From Candidatus Competibacteraceae bacterium (GTDB lineage Bacteria; Pseudomonadota; Gammaproteobacteria; Competibacterales; Competibacteraceae), in NCBI GenBank assembly GCA_007120095.1, contig SKOM01000179.1, positions 1 to 32,000 on the forward strand: DNA of 32,000 bases, written 5' to 3'. The notes under the pieces are model-generated. The model did no database searches. It worked only from the letters and a program-made list of their open reading frames with translations, and was not told the DNA's origin. The position numbers were made by a program, and so were the translations under genes. Numbering within the stretch: the first letter of the stretch is position 1; every line of letters begins with the position of its first letter. Positions 10,846 to 20,667 of this stretch are shown piece by piece.

Positions 10846-11831
10846 GTGCCGTTAATGACCATCAGGTGCTGGCCGCGTCAGTGCGCAGCGGCCAGCGGCG
10901 TGCTTTGGCACGGTCGATTACCCTGATCGAATCCAGTCGCCGTGCTGATCAAGACATCGCCGAAGCGTTGCTCACTGAGCTGTTGCCGGATACCGGCAAC
11001 AGCATCCGCCTGGCGATTTCCGGTTCGCCGGGGGTGGGCAAATAGACGTTCATCGAAGCGTTTGGTCTCCATCTGGTTGAGCACGGTCACCGCGTTGCCG
11101 TGTTAGCGATCGATCCCAGCTCAGCACGCAGTGGCGGGTCAATTCTCGGTGATAAAACCCGCATGGAACAACTGACCCGCCGACCGGAAGCGTTTATCCG
11201 TCCCTCGCCGGCGGGGCGTACCCTCGGCGGTGTGGCGCGGCGTACCCGTGAGGCCATGCTGGTCTGTGAAGCTGCGGGGTTTGACGTGATCATTGTCGAA
11301 ACCGTGGGGGTGGGTCAGTCCGAGACGTTGGCTGCTGAGATGACCGATATGTTTTTGCTGCTGCTGCCGCCTGGGGGCGGTGACGATTTGCAGGGCATTA
11401 AACGCGGTATTATGGAGCTGGCGGATTTAGTCCTGGTCAATAAAGCCGATGGGGATTTACTGGCCGCTGCCCGGCGGGCGGCGTCGGATTATGGGCATGC
11501 CTTGGGTTTGATGCAGCCGCGTTCCCGCAGTTGGCGGGCCGAGGTCAAGCTGTGTTCTGCGGCGACGGGGCAGGGAATTGACACCGTCTGGGAGAGCGTC
11601 TGTGCGTATCGCCAGGCGTTAGAACAGTCCGCTGAGTTTCAACAGCAGCGGGCCGGTCAGGCGCGTTCCTGGTTATGGCAGGAACTGCGCGAGGGGTTAT
11701 TACAGACATTTCAGTCCGATGTCGCCATCCGTGCAGCCTTGCCAGACATTGAAGCGGCAGTGGTTGCCGGGACTACCCCAGCACCGCTGGCCGCACGGGA
11801 ATTACTCAATCAGTTTTTAGCCCGGCAGTGA
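10842..11831 (+). pseudogene. meaB: Methylmalonyl-CoA mutase-associated GTPase MeaB, interrupted by one in-frame TAG at 11043-11045
   Basis: ORFs 10842..11045 and 11100..11831 are in the same frame; the frame between them reads TFIEAFGLHLVEHGHRVAVL without further stops. Conceptual P-loop is ISGSPGVGK-[TAG]-TFIEAFG. Downstream AIDPSSARSGGSILGDKTRM and VETVGVGQSE are MeaB/ArgK hallmarks. ATGA overlap with pccA. Confidence 0.9.
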
Positions 11832-11885
11832 TTGGCCGCTGAAGTCAGTGACGGTGGGTACAATCCAAGGAGTATGTAATTAATC

Positions 11886-12371
11886 ATGTTTATCAGTGTA
11901 TTAACTTTTATGGCCTTTTTTGCGGCGAGCGCTGCCGCCGCTGCTACAGGCTCATTGTTCAGTCCGGGCCAGTGGTATGACCGATTGGAGAAACCGCGCT
12001 GGACGCCGCCCAATTGGTTATTCCCCGTGGTCTGGACGATCCTGTACATCAGTATGACCATCGCGGCCTGGCGGGTGGCCTTTACCGATTCCCCCTTAGT
12101 GCCCCTGGCCTTGGCCTTATGGGCTTTACAGATCGCCCTGAACGCGCTGTGGACACCGGTGTTTTTCGGCCTGCAACGGCTGTGGGGGGGGCTGATTGTC
12201 CTGGTGATGCTGTGGGCGGCCGTGGTGTTGACCACTATTGCCTTTTTCTTTGTCGATGCTGTGGCCGGCTGGTTGTTTTTGCCCTATGTGTTGTGGGTGA
12301 GCACGGCTGGCGCCCTGAACTACGAAGTGTGGAAGCGTAATCCTGCCGCCGTACCTGCTGGCACCCATTAA
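11886..12371 (+). CDS. tspO: TspO/MBR (CrtK) family membrane protein
   Basis: Multi-TM protein with W-rich signature SPGQWYDRLEKPRWTPPNWLFPVVWTILYISM and ALNALWTPVFFG. Confidence 0.93.
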   Translation: MFISVLTFMAFFAASAAAAATGSLFSPGQWYDRLEKPRWTPPNWLFPVVWTILYISMTIAAWRVAFTDSPLVPLALALWALQIALNALWTPVFFGLQRLWGGLIVLVMLWAAVVLTTIAFFFVDAVAGWLFLPYVLWVSTAGALNYEVWKRNPAAVPAGTH

Positions 12372-12409
12372 ACTGTGCTTTACTAAACAATAGCTTGGGC
12401 AGTTTTTGA

Positions 12410-12480
12410 GGTAAGCGTTCAGAGACCTCCCCCAGCGCGGGGGAGGCGAGCGTCGCTTACCCTGAGTCTGGTCATCAGGG
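12410..12480. repeat. Nested inverted repeats / structured intergenic element
   Basis: Outer arms GGTAAGCG (12410-12417) and CGCTTACC (12454-12461); inner arms CCTCCCCC (12426-12433) and GGGGGAGG (12439-12446); adjacent pair CCCTGA (12460-12465)/TCAGGG (12475-12480). Confidence 0.7.
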
Positions 12481-12592
12481 CTAACGACTATTCGGTGCGC
12501 CAAATCGCTTAGGGGGTTCACTTTAGTAATACCTTCTGACTTCTTAATTTCCATACTATGTCGTTATTTTTCTTTGGTGGCTAACGCCGCAA

Positions 12593-13351
12593 TCACGCGC
12601 CTGTCGAGTGCATTGCTTGGTTAGCAAGCTTCTTCACGCTAGCACTTCCGCTATGGGTGTCCAGAACAACCATCCCCTCTGACTCCGCATCTATCTGAGC
12701 AAGAAGCTCCCCTCGAACGTTCCAGGTTGCCGACTGACCGACGCTAAGAAAGTCGTCGCTTGGCCCGACACAGTTGGCCATGATCACAAACATATTGTGC
12801 CTTCGAGCAACAATGGGATAGTGCTTCATTGCTTTGGCTAGGCCTCCAACAGGTTTTGCAACACTAGCGAGATAAATATCAGAAGATAAGGCGGCTGCAT
12901 CGTCGGCATGATCCATTTGAAGTGACTCATAACAGATGGCAGGCGTTAATTTGAAGCCCTGCCTCTCCAGCAAAAGCTGCTCATGACCCTGCACGAAGTA
13001 GGGATGCTCATCAGGGTGCAGTTGTTGTTTTGCGTATAGGCGTCGAACTTCACCAGACGCGAACCAAACCATTCCGATATACACATCAGAACCAGCAATG
13101 ATCGGCATACCGACACCTATAATCAGGTTGTGGTTATCGCTGCACTCCTGAAAAAGATCAAGTCGGTGGTCGTCTATGTCGATAGCAAGAGAGTCAGCGA
13201 GTCGTGGTTCGAACCCTGTGAGCGAAAGTTCAGGGAAGAACAGCACATCTGCTCGTTGGTTAACGGCTAGCTCAATAAGCTCAAGATGCTTAGCACGGTT
13301 AGTTGCGAAATCGCCTGCTATTGGTCGAAATTGAGCGGCACACACCTTCAT
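12593..13351 (-). CDS. Carbon-nitrogen hydrolase (nitrilase superfamily)
   Basis: Candidate catalytic E-K-C in FPELSLTGFEP, YAKQQLHPDE and PAICYE; N-terminus MKVCAAQFRPIAGDFATN. ATG at 13351 preferred over 13384. Confidence 0.88.
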   Translation of the reverse strand: MKVCAAQFRPIAGDFATNRAKHLELIELAVNQRADVLFFPELSLTGFEPRLADSLAIDIDDHRLDLFQECSDNHNLIIGVGMPIIAGSDVYIGMVWFASGEVRRLYAKQQLHPDEHPYFVQGHEQLLLERQGFKLTPAICYESLQMDHADDAAALSSDIYLASVAKPVGGLAKAMKHYPIVARRHNMFVIMANCVGPSDDFLSVGQSATWNVRGELLAQIDAESEGMVVLDTHSGSASVKKLANQAMHSTGA

Positions 13352-13406
13352 AATCGAGTTCCTATCCAAACCTGATTTTTTCAAAGATTTGCTAGCGCCC
13401 AGTTTA

Positions 13407-13435
13407 ACCGGCGCGGGCTTTGCCCGCGTCCGGTT
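13407..13435. terminator. Strong GC-rich hairpin downstream of the SDR gene; possible terminator without a clear T-tract
   Basis: AACCGG+CGCGGGC - TTT - GCCCGCG+(T)+CCGGTT: 13 paired bases with one bulge. Confidence 0.45.
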
Positions 13436-13555
13436 TCAAGCTGTTTTGTACGCCCAACATGGGCATGAACGTATGGGGTGAAAGTCCCCTGTATGAAGAT
13501 CACCGTAACCAAATGTACCGGATGTACCGGGAAACGGCGGTGGGCCGCTGCTACG

Positions 13556-14326
13556 CTACTGGGCCGTATAGCCGCCGTCGATAACCAGTTCAGAGCCGGT
13601 CACGAACTTCGATTCGTCGGATGCCAGGTAGACTACGCCCCAGGCGATATCGTCGGGCTCACCGACGTGCCCGATCGGGTGTTTTTCATCAAGCAGTTTC
13701 CGGAACGCTTCAACGCCGTCGGGGTGTTGTTTGCCGAGATCTTCGACCAGCGGCGTCCAGATATAGGCCGGGTGGATCGAGTTGACGCGGATGTTTTCGG
13801 TGGCATAGAACAGCGCGTCATTCTTGCTCATCAGGCGTACTGCGCCCTTTGAGGCGTGATAAGGGGGCAGATCGGCCGCCCCGATCAGGCCGTAGATCGA
13901 CGACAGGTTGACGATACTGCCGCTACCGGCCTTACGCATGTGGCCGATGGCGTGCTTGGTGCAGAGGAACACGCCGGTCACATTGATGTTGAACAGCGCT
14001 TCCCATTCCTCCCGGGTGACTTCGTCAGTCGGTTTGTTGACCCCGGCGATGCCGGCGTTATTGACGAGTACGTGAAGCCCGCCGAAGCGTTCTGCGACTT
14101 CGTCGTAGCACTGCCGGATGGCCTCCTCGTCGGTGACATCGACATGCCAGTAGTCGGCCTGGCCGCCGACGCTTTTGATTTCGGCCGCCACCGCCTTGCC
14201 GGCATTATCGTCGATGTCAAGCACGGCGACCACCGCACCTTCCTCGGCAAGCCGAATCGCTGAAGCCCGCCCGATTCCGAGTGCACCTCCGGTGACGACG
14301 GCTGCTTTTCCTGAAACACGATTCAT
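13556..14326 (-). CDS. SDR family NAD(P)-dependent oxidoreductase
   Basis: Rossmann TGGALGIGRASA, NNAG, NLSSIYG, catalytic YHASKG, 256 aa. Confidence 0.95.
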   Translation of the reverse strand: MNRVSGKAAVVTGGALGIGRASAIRLAEEGAVVAVLDIDDNAGKAVAAEIKSVGGQADYWHVDVTDEEAIRQCYDEVAERFGGLHVLVNNAGIAGVNKPTDEVTREEWEALFNINVTGVFLCTKHAIGHMRKAGSGSIVNLSSIYGLIGAADLPPYHASKGAVRLMSKNDALFYATENIRVNSIHPAYIWTPLVEDLGKQHPDGVEAFRKLLDEKHPIGHVGEPDDIAWGVVYLASDESKFVTGSELVIDGGYTAQ

Positions 14327-14513
14327 CAGATTCCTCCTAGGTAGTGATGCGAATAGGAGCCACCGGCATGCAGGTGGTTGTCGAAAGCCGCTCCATCACG
14401 AAATGTCGAGACTATAAGAAAAATAAACGGCCTTATTTCATGAGAACCAAATATACCGGAAAACAGTCAGGATGTCAATTTGATAGGTGTCAATCTGACC
14501 GGAAAGCCATCCG

Positions 14514-14527
14514 AAATTTATAAATTT
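14514..14527. promoter_or_regulatory. 14-bp perfect palindrome in the SDR/ampD intergenic region
   Basis: AAATTTATAAATTT is its own reverse complement. Confidence 0.3.
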
Positions 14528-14531
14528 GTCT

Positions 14532-15080
14532 TTAATGAGCAGCAAATAAACGCTGCCAATCGAAAGCCGCACCAGGGTCGGTTTTACGCCCCGGCGCGAT
14601 GGCAGCGTGGCTGGTGATGCGCTGTGGCGTAATCGCTGGATAGTGCTGTTGCAAACTGCACACGACCTTGGCAAGCGTCGCATATTGACGATCATCGTAA
14701 GGCCACTCATCCGTGCCCTCTAATTCAACACCAATCGAAAAATCATTGCACCGGCTACGACCTTGGAAACATGATTCACCGGCATGCCAGGCGCGGCGGC
14801 TGAAGGGCACAAACTGAATCATTGAACCATCGCGGCGGATCAGCACATGAGCGGAAACCCTCAGGGTGTGGATCGTTGCGAAGTAGGGATGAGTATTCGG
14901 ATCGAGACGATTGCAAAACAGATCTTCGATCCACGGGCCGCCGAATTCTCTCGGCGGCAAGCTGATACCATGGATTACCAGCAGATCGATGACCATGCCC
15001 GGTGGACGGGCGTCCTGATTTGGCGACTCACAGTAGCGGGCCTGCGATAGGTAACCTTCCGGCAGTTCGATGGGCATCAT
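14532..15080 (-). CDS. ampD: 1,6-anhydro-N-acetylmuramyl-L-alanine amidase AmpD
   Basis: Amidase_2 motifs VIHGISLPP, SAHVLIRRDGSMIQFVPFSRRAWHAG, SIGVELEG, SHAAIAPGRKTDPGAAFDW. Start choice uncertain within a few codons. Confidence 0.95.
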   Translation of the reverse strand: MMPIELPEGYLSQARYCESPNQDARPPGMVIDLLVIHGISLPPREFGGPWIEDLFCNRLDPNTHPYFATIHTLRVSAHVLIRRDGSMIQFVPFSRRAWHAGESCFQGRSRCNDFSIGVELEGTDEWPYDDRQYATLAKVVCSLQQHYPAITPQRITSHAAIAPGRKTDPGAAFDWQRLFAAH

Positions 15081-15182
15081 CAACCGTATCTCACATAAAG
15101 TGATGTGCTAGGATCAGCACAGCCGTGTTATTGGCCACAGAGCGTATCCAACCTAACTTCCCGCTTAACCTTTGGATGTCTT

Positions 15183-16202
15183 ATGAGCACGAGTGAAACC
15201 CCTACGGATCAATCCCCGACGCGCCCCGACCCCTGGACCCAAAACCCTAAAACCGAACCGCCCGCGCCCGGCAGTGAACAATGGGCCAAAGAGCTGGTAA
15301 CCAAGCTGGCTACCGATGCCCTGGTTGAAAAGCGCCGAGCGCGCCGTTGGGGCATCTTTTTCAAATTGCTGATCATGTTATACCTGATTACATTGTTATG
15401 GATAGGGCTGGGAGGCACTCAGTGGTTGAGCGACCTTGGTAAGGTGCGCCAGCATACCGCTATTGTCAATCTCACCGGCAGTATTACCGATGCCGCCGAA
15501 TCCAATGCCGATAATTTAGTCGCCGGTTTGCGAGCAGCTTTCAAGGACGACCAGACTGCGGGAGTGATTTTGCGGATTAATAGCCCCGGTGGCAGTCCAG
15601 TACAGGCCGGACTGGTATTTGAAGAAATACTGCGCCTGCGCGAGCTTCATCCGACGGTGCCCTTATACGCCGTGATCACTGATGTTGGTGCTTCGGGTGC
15701 CTATTACATCGCTGCGGCTGCTCAGGAAATCTACGCCAGCCCGGCGAGTTTAATTGGCTCGATTGGGGTTGTTGCCGGTGGATTCGGTTTCGTGGACACC
15801 TTGGAAAAACTCGGCATCGAACGCCGTTTGTACATCGCCGGTGACAACAAGGCCTTGCTGGATCCCTTCTCCCCGGAAGACAGCCAGCAAGCGGCGTTTT
15901 TCCAAGCCCTGTTGGATGAGATTCACCAGCAGTTTATCAGTGCGGTGCAACGCGGGCGTGGTGAGCGTTTGCAGGATGATCCCGAGTTGTTCAGCGGCCT
16001 GGTCTGGACAGGAGAGCGCAGTGTGGAACTGGGTCTGATTGACGGTCTGGGCTCTACCCGTTATGTCGCTGAAGAGTTGGTTGGTCAGGAGCGTTTGGTT
16101 GATTTTACCCGGCGCTTGCGGTGGACTGATCGTCTGCTACTGCAAATAGGTCGGGGTATCGGTGTGGGGGTGCTGGAGGAGGGACAGTGGCGTTTGCATT
16201 GA
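15183..16202 (+). CDS. sppA: S49 family signal peptide peptidase (SppA-like)
   Basis: N-terminal TM; INSPGGSPVQAGLVFEEI and VGASGAYYIAAAAQEIYASPASLIGSIGVV motifs. ATG 15183 chosen (MSTSETPTDQ). Confidence 0.9.
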   Translation: MSTSETPTDQSPTRPDPWTQNPKTEPPAPGSEQWAKELVTKLATDALVEKRRARRWGIFFKLLIMLYLITLLWIGLGGTQWLSDLGKVRQHTAIVNLTGSITDAAESNADNLVAGLRAAFKDDQTAGVILRINSPGGSPVQAGLVFEEILRLRELHPTVPLYAVITDVGASGAYYIAAAAQEIYASPASLIGSIGVVAGGFGFVDTLEKLGIERRLYIAGDNKALLDPFSPEDSQQAAFFQALLDEIHQQFISAVQRGRGERLQDDPELFSGLVWTGERSVELGLIDGLGSTRYVAEELVGQERLVDFTRRLRWTDRLLLQIGRGIGVGVLEEGQWRLH

Positions 16203-16226
16203 ATTGTTAAGTATTTTTGTCAGGTA

Positions 16227-16255
16227 TTGTCAAGTGCTGCTTTGCGACATAAAAT
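16227..16255 (+). promoter_or_regulatory. Putative sigma70 promoter for aceA
   Basis: TTGTCA (16227-16232) - 17 bp - TAAAAT (16250-16255), about 75 bp upstream of the aceA ATG. Confidence 0.5.
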
Positions 16256-16330
16256 GCGCTTTATTTCTCTATGTGAACTAAATTTCGCATTGTGAAAATG
16301 CCACTGTACTGAAAATCTTGGAGAGCACAT

Positions 16331-17605
16331 ATGCCGCATTTAAGTATCGAGCAATTGCAACAAGACTGGGCCGAGAATCCGCGCTGGAAAGGCGTTCATC
16401 GTCCTTATGAAGCCACCGAAGTGGTGCGCTTACGGGGCACCGCTGAGATTGAATACACCCTGGCTAATAAAGGTTCCCGCAAGCTGTGGGATTACCTGCA
16501 CACCGAACCCTTCGTCAATTCCCTGGGTGCCTTGACCGGCAACCAGGCCATGCAGCAAGTCAAAGCCGGTCTTAAAGCGATTTACCTTTCCGGCTGGCAG
16601 GTGGCAGGCGACGCTAATACTTCATTGCAAATGTATCCTGATCAGTCGCTGTATGCGGTGAACTCAGTGCCGGAAGTGGTGCGTCGGATCAACAATACCC
16701 TGCAGCGTGCCGATCAACTGCACCACGCTGAGGGCAATGACAGTGTGGACTGGTTCCAGCCGATTGTGGCTGATGCCGAGGCCGGTTTCGGTGGGGTGCT
16801 CAACGCTTTTGAATTAATGAAGGCCATGATTGAAGCGGGGGCTTCCGGGGTGCATTTTGAGGATCAACTGGCTTCGGCGAAAAAGTGCGGGCATATGGGT
16901 GGCAAAGTGCTGGTGCCAACCCGTGAGGCGGTGCAAAAGCTGGTTGCTGCGCGTCTAGCGGCCGATGTCATGGGTGTGCCGACCCTGGTCATTGCTCGCA
17001 CGGATGCTGATGCGGCTAATTTGCTGACTTCTGATGCTGATGAGCACGATCACCGCTTTATCGTCAAAGGTGAGCGCACGGTGGAAGGGTTTTATCGGGT
17101 TAATGCCGGTATGGAACAGGCGATTGATCGGGCTATTTCCTATGCTGCTGTGGCCGATCTGGTATGGTGTGAGACCTCCGTGCCCGATCTGCAACAGGCT
17201 AAAACCTTTGCTGAAGCAGTGCACACAGTTCATCCTGGAAAATTACTGGCGTATAATTGCTCGCCCTCATTCAACTGGCGTAAAAATCTTGACGATGCCA
17301 GCATCGCTAAATTCCAGCGCGAGCTTGGGGCGATGGGGTATAAATTCCAGTTCATCACCCTGGCTGGCTTCCATGCATTGAATTACGGCATGTTTAAGTT
17401 AGCCAAAGGCTACAAAGAGCGTCAAATGGCCGCCTTTGTCGAGTTACAGGAAGCTGAATTTGCCGCTGCCGATCAGGGCTTCACGGCCATCAAGCATCAG
17501 CGTGAGGTCGGTACGGGCTATTTCGACACAGTGACTCAAACCATCACCAGCGGTTCCTCATCGGTGACCGCATTGACCGGATCGACCGAAGAAGCGCAGT
17601 TCTAG
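16331..17605 (+). CDS. aceA: Isocitrate lyase
   Basis: Catalytic [18 protein letters not shown], 424 aa. Confidence 0.97.
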   Translation: MPHLSIEQLQQDWAENPRWKGVHRPYEATEVVRLRGTAEIEYTLANKGSRKLWDYLHTEPFVNSLGALTGNQAMQQVKAGLKAIYLSGWQVAGDANTSLQMYPDQSLYAVNSVPEVVRRINNTLQRADQLHHAEGNDSVDWFQPIVADAEAGFGGVLNAFELMKAMIEAGASGVHFEDQLASAKKCGHMGGKVLVPTREAVQKLVAARLAADVMGVPTLVIARTDADAANLLTSDADEHDHRFIVKGERTVEGFYRVNAGMEQAIDRAISYAAVADLVWCETSVPDLQQAKTFAEAVHTVHPGKLLAYNCSPSFNWRKNLDDASIAKFQRELGAMGYKFQFITLAGFHALNYGMFKLAKGYKERQMAAFVELQEAEFAAADQGFTAIKHQREVGTGYFDTVTQTITSGSSSVTALTGSTEEAQF

Positions 17606-17650
17606 ATACCGCTGGCCACTTATCCTCAATATTAGTATTTGGTATAAAGG

Positions 17651-17683
17651 AACCCGATAGCCCTTTTGGCTGTCGGGTTTTTT
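17651..17683 (+). terminator. Rho-independent terminator after aceA
   Basis: AACCCGATAGCC-CTTTT-GGCTGTCGGGTTTTTT: stem-loop followed by a T run. Confidence 0.88.
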
Positions 17684-17751
17684 GCTGTACACAAGCGTGG
17701 TATTTTATTTATCGTACTAAGTTTCCGGTCAACTGCACTGAACGATGGATT

Positions 17752-18069
17752 ATGAAACCGCTTGAAAATGATCATGATCAGGGTGTGCTGGTCGATAAAG
17801 CACGTCCTAAGCTGAAACCGCCGCAGATGTATAAGGTGGTTCTGAACAACGATGATTACACGCCAATGGAATTCGTGGTGCACATACTGGAACTGTTTTT
17901 TGGGATGAATCGGGACAAAGCCACTCAAATCATGCTGCATATTCATACGCGAGGGCAGGGCGTGTGCGGCATATTTACCCGGGATATTGCGGAAACCAAG
18001 GTAACCCAGGTTAATGAGTATTCCCGCGAGCATCAGCATCCGTTGATGTGTACCATGGAAGAGGCCTGA
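17752..18069 (+). CDS. clpS: ATP-dependent Clp protease adaptor ClpS
   Basis: [18 protein letters not shown] signature, 105 aa, directly upstream of clpA. Confidence 0.96.
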   Translation: MKPLENDHDQGVLVDKARPKLKPPQMYKVVLNNDDYTPMEFVVHILELFFGMNRDKATQIMLHIHTRGQGVCGIFTRDIAETKVTQVNEYSREHQHPLMCTMEEA

Positions 18070-18096
18070 ACCGCACACTACCATGAGGTTATGAGT

Positions 18097-20376
18097 ATGC
18101 TGAGCAAGGATCTGGAATTTTCGATCAACTTTGCGTTTCGCGAGGCTCGCAAGCGCCGCCATGAATTCATGACGGTAGAACATTTGCTGCTGGCTTTGCT
18201 GGATAATCCGTCAGCTGCGGAAGTTTTGAAAGCCTGCGGTTCGGATGTCAATAAATTAAAGCAAGATTTACAGGCTTTCATACTGGACAGCACCCCCGTC
18301 TTGGGGCCTGATGACCCGCGCGAAACTCAGCCGACACTCGGATTTCAGCGTGTTTTGCAGCGAGCTGTGCTGCATGTGCAGTCCTCAGGCAACCGCGAAG
18401 TGACGGGGGCGAATGTACTGGTTGCTATTTTCGGCGAGCAAGAATCGCAGGCTGTATATCTGCTGAAACAGCAGAATATTAGTCGCCTGGACGTGGTTAA
18501 TTACATATCGCATGGTATATCCAGAGTTTCTGATGACAAGGATTCCCCCGCCAATATCAACCCAAGTCATGAGGATGCCGCCGGTGAAGGTGCTTCCAGC
18601 ACCAGTGCCTTGGAAAATTACGCCTCTAATCTCAATGAAATGGCTCGTCAAGGGCGGATTGATCCGCTGATCGGACGACAGCATGAGGTAGAGCGCACTA
18701 TTCAAATTTTATGTCGGCGGCGCAAAAACAACCCGCTGTTTGTCGGCGAAGCGGGTGTTGGTAAAACCGCCATCGCCGAAGGGCTGGCGAAAAAAGTGGT
18801 CGATGGTGAAGTGCCCGATGTGCTGGAGAATGCTGTGATCTATGCCCTAGATCTGGGGTCGTTGGTTGCGGGCACCAAATATCGCGGGGATTTTGAAAAA
18901 CGTTTGAAAGCCTTACTGGCCCAGTTAAAAAAAGAACCCCATGCTATGCTGTTCGTCGATGAAATTCATACGCTTATCGGAGCGGGCGCGGCATCTGGCG
19001 GGGTAATGGACGCCTCGAATTTGATCAAACCCATGCTGGCTTCGGGTGAGCTTAAATGTATTGGCTCGACGACCTATCAGGAATACCGGGGTATTTTCGA
19101 AAAGGATCGGGCGCTGGCGCGGCGTTTCCAAAAAATCGACATCAGCGAGCCTTCAGTTGATGATACCTACCAGATTCTGCGTGGCCTCAAAGACCGTTTT
19201 GAAGACCACCACAGCGTCAGATACACGTTGAAAGCGTTACGAGCCGCTGCCGAGCTGTCGGCGCGTTATATCAATGATCGTCACCTGCCGGATAAGGCTA
19301 TCGATGTGATTGATGAAGCCGGAGCGAATCAACGACTGTTACCGATATCACGGCGCAAGAAAACCATCGGTCCGGTTGAGATCGAGAGTATTGTCGCCAA
19401 GATCGCGCGTATTCCTCCGAAAAGCGTGTCGTCCTCGGATAAAGATACCCTGAAAACCCTTGATCGCAATTTGAAGCTGGTGGTGTTCGGGCAAGACCCG
19501 GCGATCGACACTTTAGCTACGGCCATCAAAATGTCCAGAGCCGGTCTGGGCAATGAGCACAAACCCATTGGCTCGTTTCTGTTTGCCGGTCCCACCGGGG
19601 TCGGTAAGACCGAAGTTACCCGCCAGTTGGCCAAGGTCATGAGTATCGAGCTGATCCGATTTGATATGTCGGAATATATGGAACGCCACACGGTGTCGCG
19701 TCTCATCGGTGCACCACCGGGTTATGTGGGTTTTTATCAGGGTGGTTTGCTCACCGACGCGGTACTCAAACATCCTCACTCTGTATTATTGCTGGATGAA
19801 ATTGAAAAGGCTCATCCGGATGTGTTCAATCTGCTGTTGCAGGTCATGGATCACGGCACATTGACTGATAATAACGGCCGCGCGGCTGATTTCCGCAATG
19901 TGATCATTGTGATGACCACCAATGCCGGTGCTCAGCAAATGGATCGACCCTCAATTGGCTTTGCAACCCAGGATCACTCCAGTGACGGCATGGAAGCGAT
20001 TAAGCAATTGTTCGCACCTGAGTTCCGCAATCGCCTCGATGCCATTGTGCAGTTCCAGCCGCTGGATCCGCACACCCTGGATCATGTGGTCGATAAGTTT
20101 TTGATCGAACTGGAAGCCCAGCTTGAACCTAAAGGCGTGGTCATCGAGGTTACTCCGGCGGCCAAGCAGTGGCTGGCGGTGCGCGGTTATGATCCGAAAA
20201 TGGGGGCGCGTCCGATGGGTCGAGTTATTCAAGAAAACATCAAAAAACCCCTAGCCGAAGATCTGCTATTTGGTCGACTGGTTAACGGCGGTCATGTTCT
20301 GATTGATGTCTGCGGGGATCAACTCGGATTTGAGTTTAACGAGGAAAAAAGGGAAAGCATCGCCTCGGTTGAATGA
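18097..20376 (+). CDS. clpA: ATP-dependent Clp protease ATP-binding subunit ClpA
   Basis: Two AAA+ modules: Walker [16 protein letters not shown] and [15 protein letters not shown]; ClpN domain [35 protein letters not shown]. Confidence 0.97.
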   Translation: MLSKDLEFSINFAFREARKRRHEFMTVEHLLLALLDNPSAAEVLKACGSDVNKLKQDLQAFILDSTPVLGPDDPRETQPTLGFQRVLQRAVLHVQSSGNREVTGANVLVAIFGEQESQAVYLLKQQNISRLDVVNYISHGISRVSDDKDSPANINPSHEDAAGEGASSTSALENYASNLNEMARQGRIDPLIGRQHEVERTIQILCRRRKNNPLFVGEAGVGKTAIAEGLAKKVVDGEVPDVLENAVIYALDLGSLVAGTKYRGDFEKRLKALLAQLKKEPHAMLFVDEIHTLIGAGAASGGVMDASNLIKPMLASGELKCIGSTTYQEYRGIFEKDRALARRFQKIDISEPSVDDTYQILRGLKDRFEDHHSVRYTLKALRAAAELSARYINDRHLPDKAIDVIDEAGANQRLLPISRRKKTIGPVEIESIVAKIARIPPKSVSSSDKDTLKTLDRNLKLVVFGQDPAIDTLATAIKMSRAGLGNEHKPIGSFLFAGPTGVGKTEVTRQLAKVMSIELIRFDMSEYMERHTVSRLIGAPPGYVGFYQGGLLTDAVLKHPHSVLLLDEIEKAHPDVFNLLLQVMDHGTLTDNNGRAADFRNVIIVMTTNAGAQQMDRPSIGFATQDHSSDGMEAIKQLFAPEFRNRLDAIVQFQPLDPHTLDHVVDKFLIELEAQLEPKGVVIEVTPAAKQWLAVRGYDPKMGARPMGRVIQENIKKPLAEDLLFGRLVNGGHVLIDVCGDQLGFEFNEEKRESIASVE

Positions 20377-20388
20377 CTTCATTCGCGC

Positions 20389-20607
20389 TCAGCGAGTGCG
20401 GTAGGTGATTCTGCCCTTACTGAGATCATAAGGGGTCAGTTCGACCTTAACTTTATCACCGGTCAGGATGCGAATGTAATGCTTGCGCATCCGACCGGAG
20501 ATATGCGCGGTCACAACGTGGCCGTTTTCTAGTTCTACGCGGAACATGGTGTTGGGCAGGGTATCGAGTACCGTACCTTCCATTTCAATTTGGTCTTCTT
20601 TCGCCAT
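20389..20607 (-). CDS. infA: Translation initiation factor IF-1
   Basis: 72 aa [72 protein letters not shown]. Confidence 0.98.
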   Translation of the reverse strand: MAKEDQIEMEGTVLDTLPNTMFRVELENGHVVTAHISGRMRKHYIRILTGDKVKVELTPYDLSKGRITYRTR

Positions 20608-20667
20608 AGATAAGCTCCAATTACAAATAATCGATTAAAATAAAACAAAATGGGCTGAGGCACAAGT

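Noticed and set aside
10842-11045. Treating 10842..11045 and 11100..11831 as two separate genes
   Set aside because: Both are in the same frame with no frameshift and together make one continuous MeaB apart from the single TAG.
12126-12554. 142-aa minus-strand ORF overlapping tspO
   Set aside because: Lies antisense to the well-supported tspO gene; no recognisable domain; shadow ORF.
12479-12600. Possible integron attC site downstream of the nitrilase gene (GGCTAACG seen at about 12479 and 12579)
   Set aside because: The strings do not match RYYYAAC/GTTRRRY core sites as a proper inverted pair, and no integrase or cassette array is present.
18097-20376. ClpA or other AAA+ components as part of a defence system
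   Set aside because: Sequence and clpS adjacency identify housekeeping ClpA; no nuclease or defence partner nearby.
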